A stretch of DNA of 63,996 nt, filler included, from Guillardia theta CCMP2712 (lineage: Eukaryota; Protista; Cryptophyta), in NCBI RefSeq assembly GCF_000315625.1. It is 8 parts of 8 records of this genome, joined end to end, with 100 filler letters (N's around TTAATTAATTAA, not from the genome) between each part and the next. Parts side by side here need not be neighbours in the genome. Positions count along the whole stretch, not along the records: positions 1 to 3,932 come from NW_005434134.1; positions 4,033 to 16,958 come from NW_005434571.1; 6 more parts are not named here. One strand, 5' to 3'. Within the stretch, counting starts at the first letter, position 1. The number at the start of each line of letters is the position of its first letter. The notes beneath the pieces were generated by a model. The model did no database searches, was not told the DNA's origin, and saw nothing but the letters and a program-made list of their open reading frames with translations. Positions 1-14,143 of this stretch are shown in pieces. Made by a program: the position numbers and the translations under genes.

Positions 1-974
1 CGAATAATAAGATGTATTCAGAAGAGTGTCGTTGTTGACTTTGCGTCCATTTGTGTTTGAGATTGAGGCTTGGAAAAATGAAGCAATGCTTTATGGTCTA
101 CGATTCCTGGTGTGCTGAGTGCATGAAGCAAGTATTTTTTTTCCTCGAGTATACTTACAAAAAGAAGTATCAGAAGTTTATTGAGATAAGGAATAAAAAA
201 TATGATTGAAAACTTGGTTGCTCAATAGTGACAAGGATTGCATTCAAATCACAGAATTCAATAAAGACGAGAAATCTTGCATTGATCAAAGATTGATCAG
301 GAATATTCTCAAATGATGATTCTTGTGAATAGCAATCTAGGATGGTGGAGTCAAGATGACCAGACATAACCTGGCAAGATGAAAAAAATACGTCACATCG
401 CGTACTCACGGGCAGCGTGAAATTGAATACACGACAACCCAACATCTTAGAGACCTTATTCGCAACATGAGGATGTACAACGGGTGCTCCTGACCTCCGC
501 TCTACCCCCACCCCCCTCCCCGACTTTTACGCTACTGTCCCTACCCCACCCCCTCCCTTTCCTATCTCGGTCCCCCAAATCTCACCCCTCTCTTCTCCCA
601 CCGAAGACCAAGGCCCTACTCGGACCCCTCCGCTACCCCCTATTCCCTTCACCCCACCCCCCATCCCTTCCTCTCAAAAAAGATTAAAAAAACTCTAAAA
701 AAGAAATACAAAATCCTCTAAAAACGCTGCGTTTCAACGGGGGATTGCTGGGCCAGAAGGCATGCGAGCAGGGAGGGAGCAGCAGCAGCAGCACTAGACC
801 GTCTGCCCTCCCCTTCCATCCCCAACATCACTCCAGTCATCGCCTCGACTCTCTTCTCTCGCGCCTGCCCCCCTTCGCACGAGCAAGCTCAAGCCCCCTG
901 GAGCTCAGGTGAGGACTCGAGGACGAGGGGCCGTCCTGGCCCGGGGGTGGATCAGAGCCCGGAAGACTGAGGGG

Positions 975-1713
975 ATGAGCGAGCAACCCAAGACAAGAGA
1001 CTCCGTCACCGTCACCCCCAAGCGAGCAGGGGAAGGAGCAAGCGCCTACGACGTGCAGCTCGACCTCACCATCATCGAGCCTCTCTTCCACATGCGACAG
1101 AAGGACGCGGCCAAGTTCCTGGTGAGCGCGAGCGCGAGCTCGAGCAAGCTTGCTCGCATGCGCCTGACGACGCTGGCAGGGCATCTCGTTGACGACGCTC
1201 AAGCGAGCTTGTCGCCTCCTCGGGGTGCAGCGATGGCCGTACGCGCGGCTGCGCGACGAGAGGGCAGGGAACCAGGCGCTGCTCCTGGACCTGGAGGAGG
1301 AGGGAGATGAAGAGGAGGGCGGGGAGGAGGAGGAGGAGGAGGAGGAGGAGGAGGAGTGTTACAGCGAGCATGAGGCTGGCAGGGCGTCGTCGGTAGCTAC
1401 AGCAAGCAGCGGGCATGCGCGACGACCGCTGCACGAGCGAGCGATAGCGCCCGCGTCTGCTCGCCGGGGCCCGGCGAGCGTCTGGACGGCATCGCAGGGC
1501 AGCGGAGGAGCGGAGACGAGCAGCGCGGGGGTGACATCGTCAAGCAGCAGGACGACGCCGAGGATCGACGGGGAGGGGACGAGCAGCCCGCAGAGCCGGG
1601 GGGAGACACCAGGGTCGCACACAGAGTCAGCACCCGAGCCTTCCTCGCAAGCCATCGACGCGCACTGGCTGGAGTGGTACTTGTCGTGTGAGGACGAGGA
1701 CGGGCGGGAGTGA
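975..1713 (+). CDS. RWP-RK domain transcription factor (2 exons: 975-1121, 1180-1713)
   Basis: Removing GT-AG intron 1122-1179 (CTGAC branch) joins LFHMRQKDAAKFL to GISLTTLKRACRLLGVQRWPY, a textbook RWP-RK motif; acidic/Ser-rich tail ending IDAHWLEWYLS. Confidence 0.9.
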
Positions 1714-3177
1714 CGGGGAGCGGATGAGCATGTACATACATTGTGTATTGCACATGTAAATAAACATGGTAGGCTGATGAGATCATGTCGTCCAGTCCTG
1801 ACCACTCCTGCTCCTGCTCCTCCCTCCTCCGTCTCCGCCTGCGCAGGCAATGTCTTCGTCACCATCAGTCGTGTCGTCAGCTTCCTCCTTCTGTCTGACG
1901 TTTCTCCGACTGCCTCCCACTGACGCCTGCACTCTCTTGGCGTAGCAGCGGCCGGCTCCTCCTCCTCCTCCTCCCTCGTCCTCAGATGGCATGCAAGCAT
2001 GTCGTCAAGCACTCGCTGCCTCGGGCGACATGAGCTCCGACATGCCCGCCGAAGACCACAATACCCTCCTGTCAGCCCGCGTCCTCCTCGCTCGCTCCCC
2101 TTGCTTCGTCTCTGGCCCTGTATGTATGCTGATACCATGTCCGCACATGCCTCCCTCATCAGCCGCCAAGGGCTGGCCTGTGCCCCCTCCTCGTCCATGC
2201 TTCCCTTCGCACGGCTCGCCTTCTTCCTCGTCTCGCTCCGTCATGGCATATCTGCTTGCCCAGGCGATACACAGTGCTCGCATCCTGGCATCCCCTTGGT
2301 TCTCCTGCCTCTCGTCTCCCTCATCTACCGTCCACTCTACGCCTCCTCCTCCCTCCCCTCGCTCCCATCCCTCCCCTCCCCCCTCCCCTCCTCCCCCGTG
2401 CTCTGCCCCTGCCCGCCGACCTTCGCCTCCCGCCGCCTCCTCCCTGCGACCAACCTCCGTCGCCATGGCAGGAAGGCGACAGGAGTCTCGAGGGTGGGGT
2501 GGTGAGGGAGCCAAACAAGGGGGTGCATCCTCCCCCCTGCAAGCTCCTTGACGCTAGGCCGAGACCCCACCGGTGGTGGTCCCATGACCCTACCGGTGGT
2601 TGTCACATCCTTCACCCCGTGGTCTGAGAGCGCCGACCCCCCACCCCACCCCCCAAGACCTCCGCGGCCCCCATCCATGCGCCCCGTGCGATCAGGTGGA
2701 TTTCGTCACCCCTACCCCCTCTTGTGCCTTTTGCTACCCCTACCCCTCGTACGCCTCCTCCTTCCCTCCCCTTCTTCCCCCCCCCTCCCTATCATACTGA
2801 TCGTCCTCTCCCGTCATTTTCCGCTGTCGTTACCCCATTCCATGCTGATGCTGCTGATGCTTCATCGATTCACTGTGACATGGTGGTGTCTTATCTCATT
2901 TTCGTTCTGTTCCCTGTCTTCATTCGCTCCTTCTCACCAACGCTCACATTCTTGTTTCCCCCCTGCAATTTCGTTCTCTCCTGTGCTTCCCTACCCATTT
3001 TCAGGTCTTGCATGCCTAGAGCGAACAGCATGTGTTGACAGATGCAACTATTTCATTCAATCATACCACATGATACATCTACATACAGACTACGATCAAT
3101 ACGCTCCATTCCGATGGTGACTCTCTTGTCATCTCTCGTTTCTCCGAGGAACACAGAATTGATGAAACGCTGTATCC

Positions 3178-3250
3178 GAGCATGCATGCAGGCATGCATG
3201 CATGCATGCAGGCAGGCATGCAGGCATGCAGGCAGGCAGGCAGGCATGTG
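3178..3250. repeat. (GCAT)n/(GCAG)n tetranucleotide microsatellite
   Basis: Directly visible gcatgcatgcaggcatgc... run. Confidence 0.85.
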
Positions 3251-3454
3251 CAGGTTCAAGGTCGAGATGGAAGTATTTTGCATCCACGTGCAGTGCAATG
3301 ATGACTAAACCAGACACTTTACAAGTTGTACATTATTTTGAGCATGTTAGCGTATACAACAAGGAAGATATCACTCACTGACTTCTAGCTGGATATCCGT
3401 AAAAGCTTGTCAAACATGCCCAATGATTGTGCTCATGCCCAATTTCACAACAAA

Positions 3455-3932
3455 ACAAGCCCATGCAACATGATCATATCAACACACAAGCAGCATAATC
3501 ATATCAACACAAGCCCATGCAGCATGATCATATCAACACAAGCCCATGCAACATGATCATATCAACACAAGCCCATGCAACATGATCATATCAACACACA
3601 AGCAGCAGCCCATGCAACATGATCATATCAACACACAAGCAGCATGATCATATCAACACAAGCCCATGCAGCATGATCATATCAACACAAGCCCATGCAA
3701 CACAAGCCCATGCAACATGATCATATCAACACACAAGCAGCATAATCATATCAAGCAGAATACTCATATCAACACAAGCCCAATGCACATGATCATATTC
3801 CAAATGATCATATCAACACAAGCCCATGCAACATGATCATATCAACACACAAGCAGCAGCCCATGCAACATGATCATATCAACACACAAGCAGCATGATC
3901 ATATCAACACAAGCCCATGCAGCATGATCATA
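3455..3932. repeat. Minisatellite with ~29-bp unit TGATCATATCAACACAAGCCCATGCAACA and ~25-bp variant
   Basis: Many adjacent copies visible; the array runs into the scaffold end. Confidence 0.9.
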
Positions 3933-4032
3933 NNNNNNNNNNNNNNNNNNNNNNNNNNNNNNNNNNNNNNNNNNNNTTAATTAATTAANNNNNNNNNNNN
4001 NNNNNNNNNNNNNNNNNNNNNNNNNNNNNNNN
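3933..4032. other. Artificial scaffold-joining spacer (N44-TTAATTAATTAA-N44)
   Basis: Six-frame stop linker. Identical spacers at 16959-17058, 44571-44670, 48677-48776, 53419-53518, 57116-57215 and 60638-60737. Confidence 0.97.
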
Positions 4033-4117
4033 CCCCCCCCCCGCCCTTTCCCCCCACTCCTCCTCTTCTTTCTCCCTTCCTCCACCGCGTCTCGCACTAG
4101 AACAGAGCGCCAGCGTC

Positions 4118-6577
<2,460 letters not shown>

Positions 6578-6743
6578 AGTTAGGTGCTCAAAATCTTCTT
6601 GTAGTTATATTCAATCTCACTGCTATTGAGTTTCGAAAGTATATCCCGGCGACAGACAGAATTTGCATTTCCCTGGGGCCTCTGACACATTACGACTCAA
6701 AGTCTGAAGACACTTGATCTTTCCTCGATGGATTTTCATTCAT

Positions 6744-7989
6744 TTATCGCTGTCCGTGAAATGAATCCATCTTTGGAACTTGTCGAGTCTTTGACCATCG
6801 GGAACGTACCAAGACTAGATTGAAGTTATTCGTTGATGGAGCAAGCAGCCATTCAATCAAATACCTTCTTGTTGGAGTCCCATTTCGCTCCGGCAGCTTT
6901 GACTAGTTCTCTGTCCTGAGTTGATTTTCAATTCGAGAGATGAAGATTACAAACTTGCTACCCTATATGGGCACAGTAAATAGATACGCTGATTTGAACG
7001 TTTGCTGCATGATGCACTGTTGCAACTTGTGTTACCACTCATGAGAGTGCTACCGCTGTAGGTACTGTTGCAGCCTTCGGTACTGTCGCAGCTTTGAATA
7101 CTGTCGCTGCTTTGGATATTGTCGCTGCTTGGCAAGTAGTTGCTTTTCACTGGGATGCCGCTACTGCTTGATTTTTCAGTGCTTCTTGGAAGGATGCTCC
7201 TGGCAGGGATCTCACTGCCTCGTGGGTTGCTGTAGCTGTTACTTGTTTGCTCCGGTTTGCCGTTACTTGATATGCCGCTACCGCCTTGGACGTTGCTGCA
7301 GCAAGGGGGTTCTTCTTTACTCCACTCCATCTCGACGCTCAGCTTGAGAATGTCTTCTTCCTGAAGCACCATCCATTATACCATTTTCGTGTACATCACG
7401 TCCCTGAAAATTTCTCACCCTTGTCAGATCACAGGGAAGCGTTGGCTCGTTTCTTTCCGGGAAGAAAGAGCTCGTACACTCAGAATTCTCCGAGGGAGCC
7501 ATAGCTGAAGAGTCTCAGACCCACAATCAAACAAAACCACATGTGCGCGTACAGATGCGCATGCTCGCATTTGTAAATCTCTGTACCATGGCCTCACACC
7601 TACGAAAAGTGAGGTCGTGCACCGTCGCAATGATCATAAGACCTGGTCAGAGCTTGTTCGAATACTTCCTCATCCCATCTCGGAGGTAGCTTTGTGTCGC
7701 CCTGCGTGGTGAAACTGGGTGGCTTGTCGATAGTTCTCATCTCTTCCATCTTCGAGAATGATGTTGTTGGGAGACCGAGCTTTCCCAAGGCTCGAGGTTC
7801 TGGCGACTTGATGAGCTGAGTTTTCTGAAAGAGGGATTTCTGCACATGAAGGAGGTGGTTTGTCTTTGGGTACATCTTTGCTCCTATCTTCTCCGCAGAT
7901 ACCGAATGCACTCTCTCTCGTTCTTGCATGCGCTTGCTGTATTCGCCATGGGCGATGCCCATCAAGTGCTGAAAGTTCCCTCGCACCAT
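6744..7989 (-). CDS. Hypothetical protein with C-terminal DUF5710-like domain, multi-exon
   Basis: Spliced 3' exons give RIYLLCPYR|DRELVKAAGAKWDSNKK|SWYVPDGQRLDKFQRW, matching the recalled DUF5710 pattern (YL.vPy.ek..aK..GArWD...K.WYvP...l..F.rW). The start MVRGNF at 7989 is inferred. Confidence 0.65.
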
Positions 7990-8157
7990 CGTGCGAAAAG
8001 TTTGTGGAGTCAATTTGGCGCCAAACTACCGCAAGGTTGTCAAACTTTGGGGGTGGAAACTTTCACCTCTCAAACTTTATTCCAAAGTTTCATCTCAAAC
8101 TTCTGCTCAAACTTCGAATCTAAGAACTCTGAGGTGGACTTGCTCCGTGGCCCCACC

Positions 8158-10054
8158 ATGGTCTTGACCCCCATGTGCTCTCCTCTCCTCTCCTCCCCCC
8201 ATGCCCAGCAGGACGGCAACTCCTTCTCAACCTCCAACCCCTCCCCCTCCCTGCCACTGTCCCCTCTCTCCTCCTCTGACCAGTCACCCTGCACCTGTTC
8301 TGCCAGCAACGATCCCTGCATTGAGCATGGGATGCTTTCGCGTGTGGACTGTGGAGGCGGGCAGTTCCTGGAAATCCGCCATCGGTCTATTACAGTCGAG
8401 CCAGCGGACTCGAGACTCTTCAGGTAGGACGAGGTGGAAGTTGCGGAGATGGTGAGCGATCGCAGATGTATGGGAGCTGCTCTATGGCCGTCAAGCCTTG
8501 CATGCGTCAGGGAGATCTCGAGGAACGAAAGCATGAGGAAGGCTGCTGGTACCCGCATCCTCTCTCTCTTCATCAAGATATCTATGCTGCTCATGATTCA
8601 GTGTCCTCTACTCCATTCCCTTGCGACTACTGGTGTTGATGACCTCTCGAGGCCTCCCGTCCTTCCCTGTGTCCCATGGCTTTAGACACGTTTGGCTTGT
8701 GACTCCCTTCCTCAGTAGCAGGAGGCAGCCTCCTTGAGCTGGGATCAGGACATGGTCTGGGTGGCATAGCATCTTGCCTCCTCGGCTCCTGGACATCAGT
8801 AGTCCTCACCGACAAGGCATGGGGGCAGCAAGCGGAAGGATCGGAGTGAACGTGCCATGCGCAGGACGAGAGACTGTTGCGTCAGATCGAGCACAACTGC
8901 CGCCTGAACAGAGACAAGCTGAACCACTGCAAAGGTTACTTGCTGCTAGAGAAATTCATCTGAGATGAGAGCCGATGCAGACAATCTCTTCGTCGCTCAT
9001 CTCGTCTGGAAGCACGACGTTCACACCTGCCCTCCTCGCACCCGTCGGCTCACGTTCCTGCAGGAGGGGGTCAAGAGGCTGAGAGACTGCGGTCATCAGG
9101 AGGGGTTCGACGTGATACTAGCATCCGGGCACGATGTTGCACTTGCTGCCTCTGCTGCTGCTGATACTGGACTAGGTGCACTTACTCCAAGCCTGTCACG
9201 GATGCGCTACTGGATACTATCAAAGAGCTTCTTGCAAGGTAGGCCTGCAGTCCTGGCGCAGGGCGATACTGAGGGGGGCAGGGGGGGCAGGGGGAGGAGG
9301 GGAGGTTTTCCTTTCTCAGAAGGAAGCAACATGTCCAGAACATGTAGGATGCAGCAAGTGCTGACGGCATGTCCTGTCAGGGGTGGAGTTGCCGTTCTCA
9401 TACACGCGACCAAGAACGGGTGTCCGTTCTACTCGGTGACGTGCGCAGGTCCCTTGCATGCGACTGACAGTGTGGCGGTGAAGGGCTGGGGGATCAAAGA
9501 GATCAAGAGGAATCACAAACCTGCTGGGTTCTGGAAGGGGAGCAGAGGGTAAGGATCGTTGCTGTGTTGCTGCGTCCTCCTCCCCTTCAACACTCCGCTG
9601 TTGAAGGGGAGGAGATATGATTCCTGGCGGCGGATGTGATGGGCCAGTCTCTGTCGCTTTGGCCTTGTTGCTATTTGCTTACAAATTTCCACATGAGTAC
9701 CTTCTTGCTCCTCACCTGAGTACCATCACGACAGGACGGATCATCTCACTACTGAAGAGCTTGTAGAGCTCGCTGAGGCCTCGGGGTTCCGAGCTGACAT
9801 CCTGGTGCTGCAATGGTGTTGCAATAGTCGGTTTTGATAACAGTTCCCCAGGGAATGCACTCAGATCTCCTCGATCGAGGGATGGAAGAGATCGATATAT
9901 CTCATGTTAAGTCAACCTTACCAGGTACAATCTGTTTTGCATTCTATCAACATCTTTGTGGCAACAATAGCAAGAGTTTATGCTTGCTTTATGGTGTACC
10001 ATAACTGACTTTTACGGTGCAGGTATACAAGTGGTGGAATTACGGCACTTGTAA
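8158..10054 (+). CDS. METTL21/Methyltransf_16-family SAM-dependent protein methyltransferase, ~10 exons (not visible as one ORF)
   Basis: Spliced motifs in order: CMGAALWPSSL (intron 8424-8465), LLELGSGHGLGGIASCLLG..VVLTD (motif I), LLRQIEHNCRLN, VAHLVW, FDVILAS.CTY, LLDTIKELL, ELAEASGF, GIQVVELRHL*. Confidence 0.82.
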
Positions 10055-10247
10055 CACATTGATGTCTTTTATTCGCTGGTAGTGTACAAGATTCGTCCAA
10101 TAGTTTACAACAAACGCCTTCAAGCTCTCAGGGATGGGAATCCAGCCGATGCTACTTGACGCTGAGAGGCAACGAGGCCAGAGAGCCACTGCGGAACGAG
10201 TGAGCGAGGAAGTAAGGAACTTTCATGAGCGAGTCAGTACCTGAAGG

Positions 10248-11254
10248 TCAGTCTCGGACAAGAGACTCGGTCCAAGGGCAGGGTTCAGGTTGCAAGAGAA
10301 CTTGTTTGCCGGAGCAACAAAAGGAGAAGGCACAGCTGCCGGAGCTGGCGCAGCGGAGAAAGCCGAGGCTGAAGCATGCGCGGCGGGAAAATTGGGAGCG
10401 TGAGCAGGGGTGGCGGGAAAAGCAGGAGCAGGAGCAGGAGCAGGATTCTGACCATCTGGAGAAGCAAGTCAGAACATCTGCGTACAGCCAGAGCAGAAAA
10501 ACTCACTCATAGCTGAAGCCGCACATCCGAAGAGAAATTCTGACTCCGACTTGGAGAGGAAGTTGGAGAGAGAGTTGGCGAGGGAGCTGTTGAAGGCCGC
10601 GCCGAAGGGCTCGGCAGGCGGCATCACTGCACCGAAGTTGTACGGGGCTCGGGCCCCGAGGTCCAACGAGGGCTGAGCGAAGGAGACCTGGTTTGCCTTC
10701 ATGCTCAACGAGTGCAGGGAGGTAGCCGAGAGCTCCTTGAGAAAATCGCTGGACCCGGACATGCTCACTGAGGAAAAAGGAAGCTTGATGTCGATCTGTC
10801 CCAAGGAGATGCTGCTGGGAGTGTGTGCCCCGGATGGGGTAGACGAGCTGCTTCCTTCCTTCGACGCCTTGCTCCTTCGTCTCCTGGGTCCCTTGTGTGC
10901 ATACGGCCACTTGACGATGCCCAGGCGACGGCAGGCAGCTTTCATGGTAGTCTTGCTGATACCAATCTTGGCCGTTGCTGCATCCAGGCTCTCATGAAAG
11001 TGTTTGGACAAGAGCTCGTAAGAGATTATGACTGGGCCATTGCCGCTGCCTCCTCGCATCTTCTTACGAGGGTTGATAGCGATGCATTTCTTCGTCTTGG
11101 TCTCATCCCAGCTCTCCTGCATCTCGTCGGCGTTCTCAGTGGAGGCCTCAGCATGATCGCTCTCAGAGTCGGAGCCATCAGAGTCCCGCGCGCTTTGACT
11201 CTCACACTGCGAGACAGCCTGGTCCTCCTTCATTTCCTTTGGCTCTTCGAACAT
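10248..11254 (-). CDS. RWP-RK domain transcription factor (KWP variant)
   Basis: ISYELLSKHFHESLDAATAKIGISKTTMKAACRRLGIVKWPY; GT-AG intron ~10456-10506 leads to an Ala/Pro-rich tail; 3' end tentative. Confidence 0.85.
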
Positions 11255-12730
11255 GCTTGCCGGTGGAAAGGATCTTTGCGATGGAAGGTTACGGAGGAGG
11301 AGGAAGAGAGGAGTATGCAGCGGAAGAGGAAGCTACCAAGTACGCGGAAAGAATGAAGCTAGACACAGCGTGGAAGGGAGAGGATGGGAGGGGATAGGAG
11401 ATCTGAAGGAGTTTCTTCCGCAAGAAGGCGAAGGAAGTCGGGCACGTATCTAAAGCCCCCCGCTCTTACCTGAGGACGCACGATTCCAGGTTGATTTTTT
11501 TCAGGAGGGGTGGTACCTGTTTACAAGCCTACCTGATACCCTAGCCCTATACAATTGGAGGCTTCAATAGAAAATCTCCTTGTTCTGCTATGAAGGTTTT
11601 AACGTATATTGCAGAAGAAGTTTTTAGCTATGTGGGTAGGGGTGGCAAGGAAGTCGCGGGTCATGGATACCTCCATGACTACCGGTGTCTGAGAGAGCAT
11701 GATTATGGGTAGGGTGGTTCACGTGGACTCAAACTGCTATAAATAATTGTTGACGCAGTACACGTTGTCGAGTCATGCAGGCAGAACGTTCTCTACGAGA
11801 GTGAACTTTTCAGATTCAGAAGAGGGTCAAACTGGTACAAACCTAGAACTTTTCAAAGGAAAAATTCGAGTTTGGGTGTAAAAGTTCATGTTTTCAGATG
11901 GCGCCAACTTACAAGGAAGGCTTCGGGGTCCAAAGGCTCGGATCTTGAGATTCATCGGAGCTCCTTGCCGGGGTCCGGTAGCTCCCTCGTGACCAGTTGC
12001 ACCTTGTGATCTAGTAAAGACATAGCAATAAAACAGTTTTTGACCCTCCAGATTATAAAGGTCTGGATTTTAGCCAGGCAGACGGAGTGTAGTAAAGATG
12101 GAACAATGCGACACCCCCTGGATCTCATGCAATTGACCCTCCTTGTGACCGGGTAACGGATCGAGATCACGTTACCATAAGCAGACCCGTGACTTCAAAT
12201 ATATATTATTTACGGCTTCGAGACCAAGCGTTGCGTTATCGCTCATTTTTGAGAGGCTTCTTGATCCCGTGCTCCTCCGACTGGCGAACGGTCACGAGGG
12301 ATCAAATTTAAAAAGGTTTTGGAGATCCTGTTTAACTCTTCAAATATCAAGGAGACATTTCAACTTCACATTAAACGAATGATCCGCCCCAAGTGAACGA
12401 GTTGGCAGGAGGGGAGAGGAGGAAGGAGCAGGATAGTGTGAGTGAGTAAGAGAGTGAGTGCATGCAGAGAAGAGGAGTGGAGCAGAGACTGGAAAAGGAC
12501 GGGCAGGAGAGAGGCATGGCAACAGGGAAGTATGCATCGAGCTATGTTGTAATGTCTTGGCCACGGCCCAAAAGTAAAATGGGCAATGAAGAGAGTCTCA
12601 GGCATGGTGGAAAGGAATGTTTTGTTTGGGAGGTGGAGAGGAGAAAGAGGCAGATGCTTTCTATGTTGAAAGGTCTTCTCTCACAATCCGAGAAACTTGA
12701 ATGGCTCAAGATTACCCACCAGCCTCCTCG

Positions 12731-14067
12731 TTACACCTCCATCTTCCCATCTTCAGCATCGTAGAAACAAGATGAAGAGACTCTGACCGGATGGCGCATC
12801 CCCGCCACCTGCACCTCCCATCCTTCGTCCTCAATCTGCTCTCCTGCCTCCACCATTGCCAGCCCGACGGCTCCCCCCAGCGTGTGCCCGTAGCTTGCAG
12901 ATCGGATAGTTGCGACTGTGGTGCCTTTGTTGATCAAGGGCTCGCCGTGGTAGAGCATGACACTGGGATCGAGGACCAGCACGTGCAGCATCCTCCTCCG
13001 TCTCCCTTTCCTCTCCTCCTCCAGCAGCTTCTCCAGCACAGCGTTTCTTCCCAGGAAACCTCCAGGCTTGTCAAGGGCGCACCAGGACAAGAAGCCCGCC
13101 TCAAGGACTGAGTCCGTGTTGTCAAGTTCATGCCCGAGGGCTCGCCATCCCTTTTCCATCCTCAGGCTCGTCAGAGCCTTCACTCCAGCATGCGCGACCC
13201 CCAGCTGCCGTCCCTCCCGCACGATCGTGTCGTAGACTCTGATCGCCTCCCCGCTGGGAATGAGCAGCTCGTAGCCCAGCTCACCCGTCAGCGACGTCCT
13301 GCTGCAGAGCACGCGGACTTGCTCGATCTCGACCTCACGCACGGAGGAGGTCGGAAAGTTTGCAGCTTGAATGCTGGCGGCTCCGACCACGCGCTCCAGC
13401 AGCGCTCTTGCACGCGGCCCCTGGATGGCCAGCTGGGCATAGCGATCCGAGACGTCAAGGATGCTCACACGCTCGAGAGGATCCTTCTGCTGGCGCATCC
13501 AGCTCTCTGCGTGCCTGTGCAGGCCGTCTGGGACAAGTAAGATGAAGTCATCCGATGCGAGCTTGAGGAGCACGACGATCGCCTCCATCCCCCCCTCCTT
13601 GCTCAGCCACAAGGTCGAGATGGCCCTCCCTGCCTCCTCCTCTATCACCCTGGCAGTCGACAGCCTGCTCAGGAAGGAGCCAGCATGCTCCCCTTGGATA
13701 CGGAACTTTGACGTGTACGAGGTATCCATGATGACGACACGCTCCCTGCAAGCCTTGTGCTCTTCTCGCCATCGCCCGAACCACTCTGAAGACAAATGGC
13801 TGTCAAAATGACAACCCTGATACTCTTGCTCGCTCGCTCCCTACATCCTCCCTCCCTTCTTCTATCTCTGCACTCGAGTAGCCACTACTTCCCATTCCTC
13901 CTCACCATATCCTCCAGCTGACATACCTGGAAAGCCCCAGGTTGGCTCTCCGGCGACGGGGATTGAGCCAGGCTCACCAAACCAGTCTAGAAGCAGGATA
14001 GTGATCAGACTGTGTAGGAGCAGAACAAGAATGGATGCACGAGCACCAACAGAAGTGGGGGCAGGAT

Positions 14068-14143
<76 letters not shown>

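Noticed and set aside
1-511. AT-rich stretch with a 113-aa minus-strand ORF
   Set aside because: No recognisable motif and multiple stops in the coding-like plus frame; possibly a decayed foreign sequence but unsupported.
1783-2470. Possible small spliced minus-strand gene
   Set aside because: Splice-like signals exist, but I could not assemble a consistent frame or identify a domain.
3455-3932. CRISPR-like repeat array
   Set aside because: Units are contiguous with no unique spacers, there are no cas genes, and the context is eukaryotic.
8070-8594. Minus-strand ORF with an apparent signal peptide (MRVPAAFLMLSFLEISLTHA)
   Set aside because: It is the antisense of methyltransferase exons (GAALWPSS) on the plus strand.
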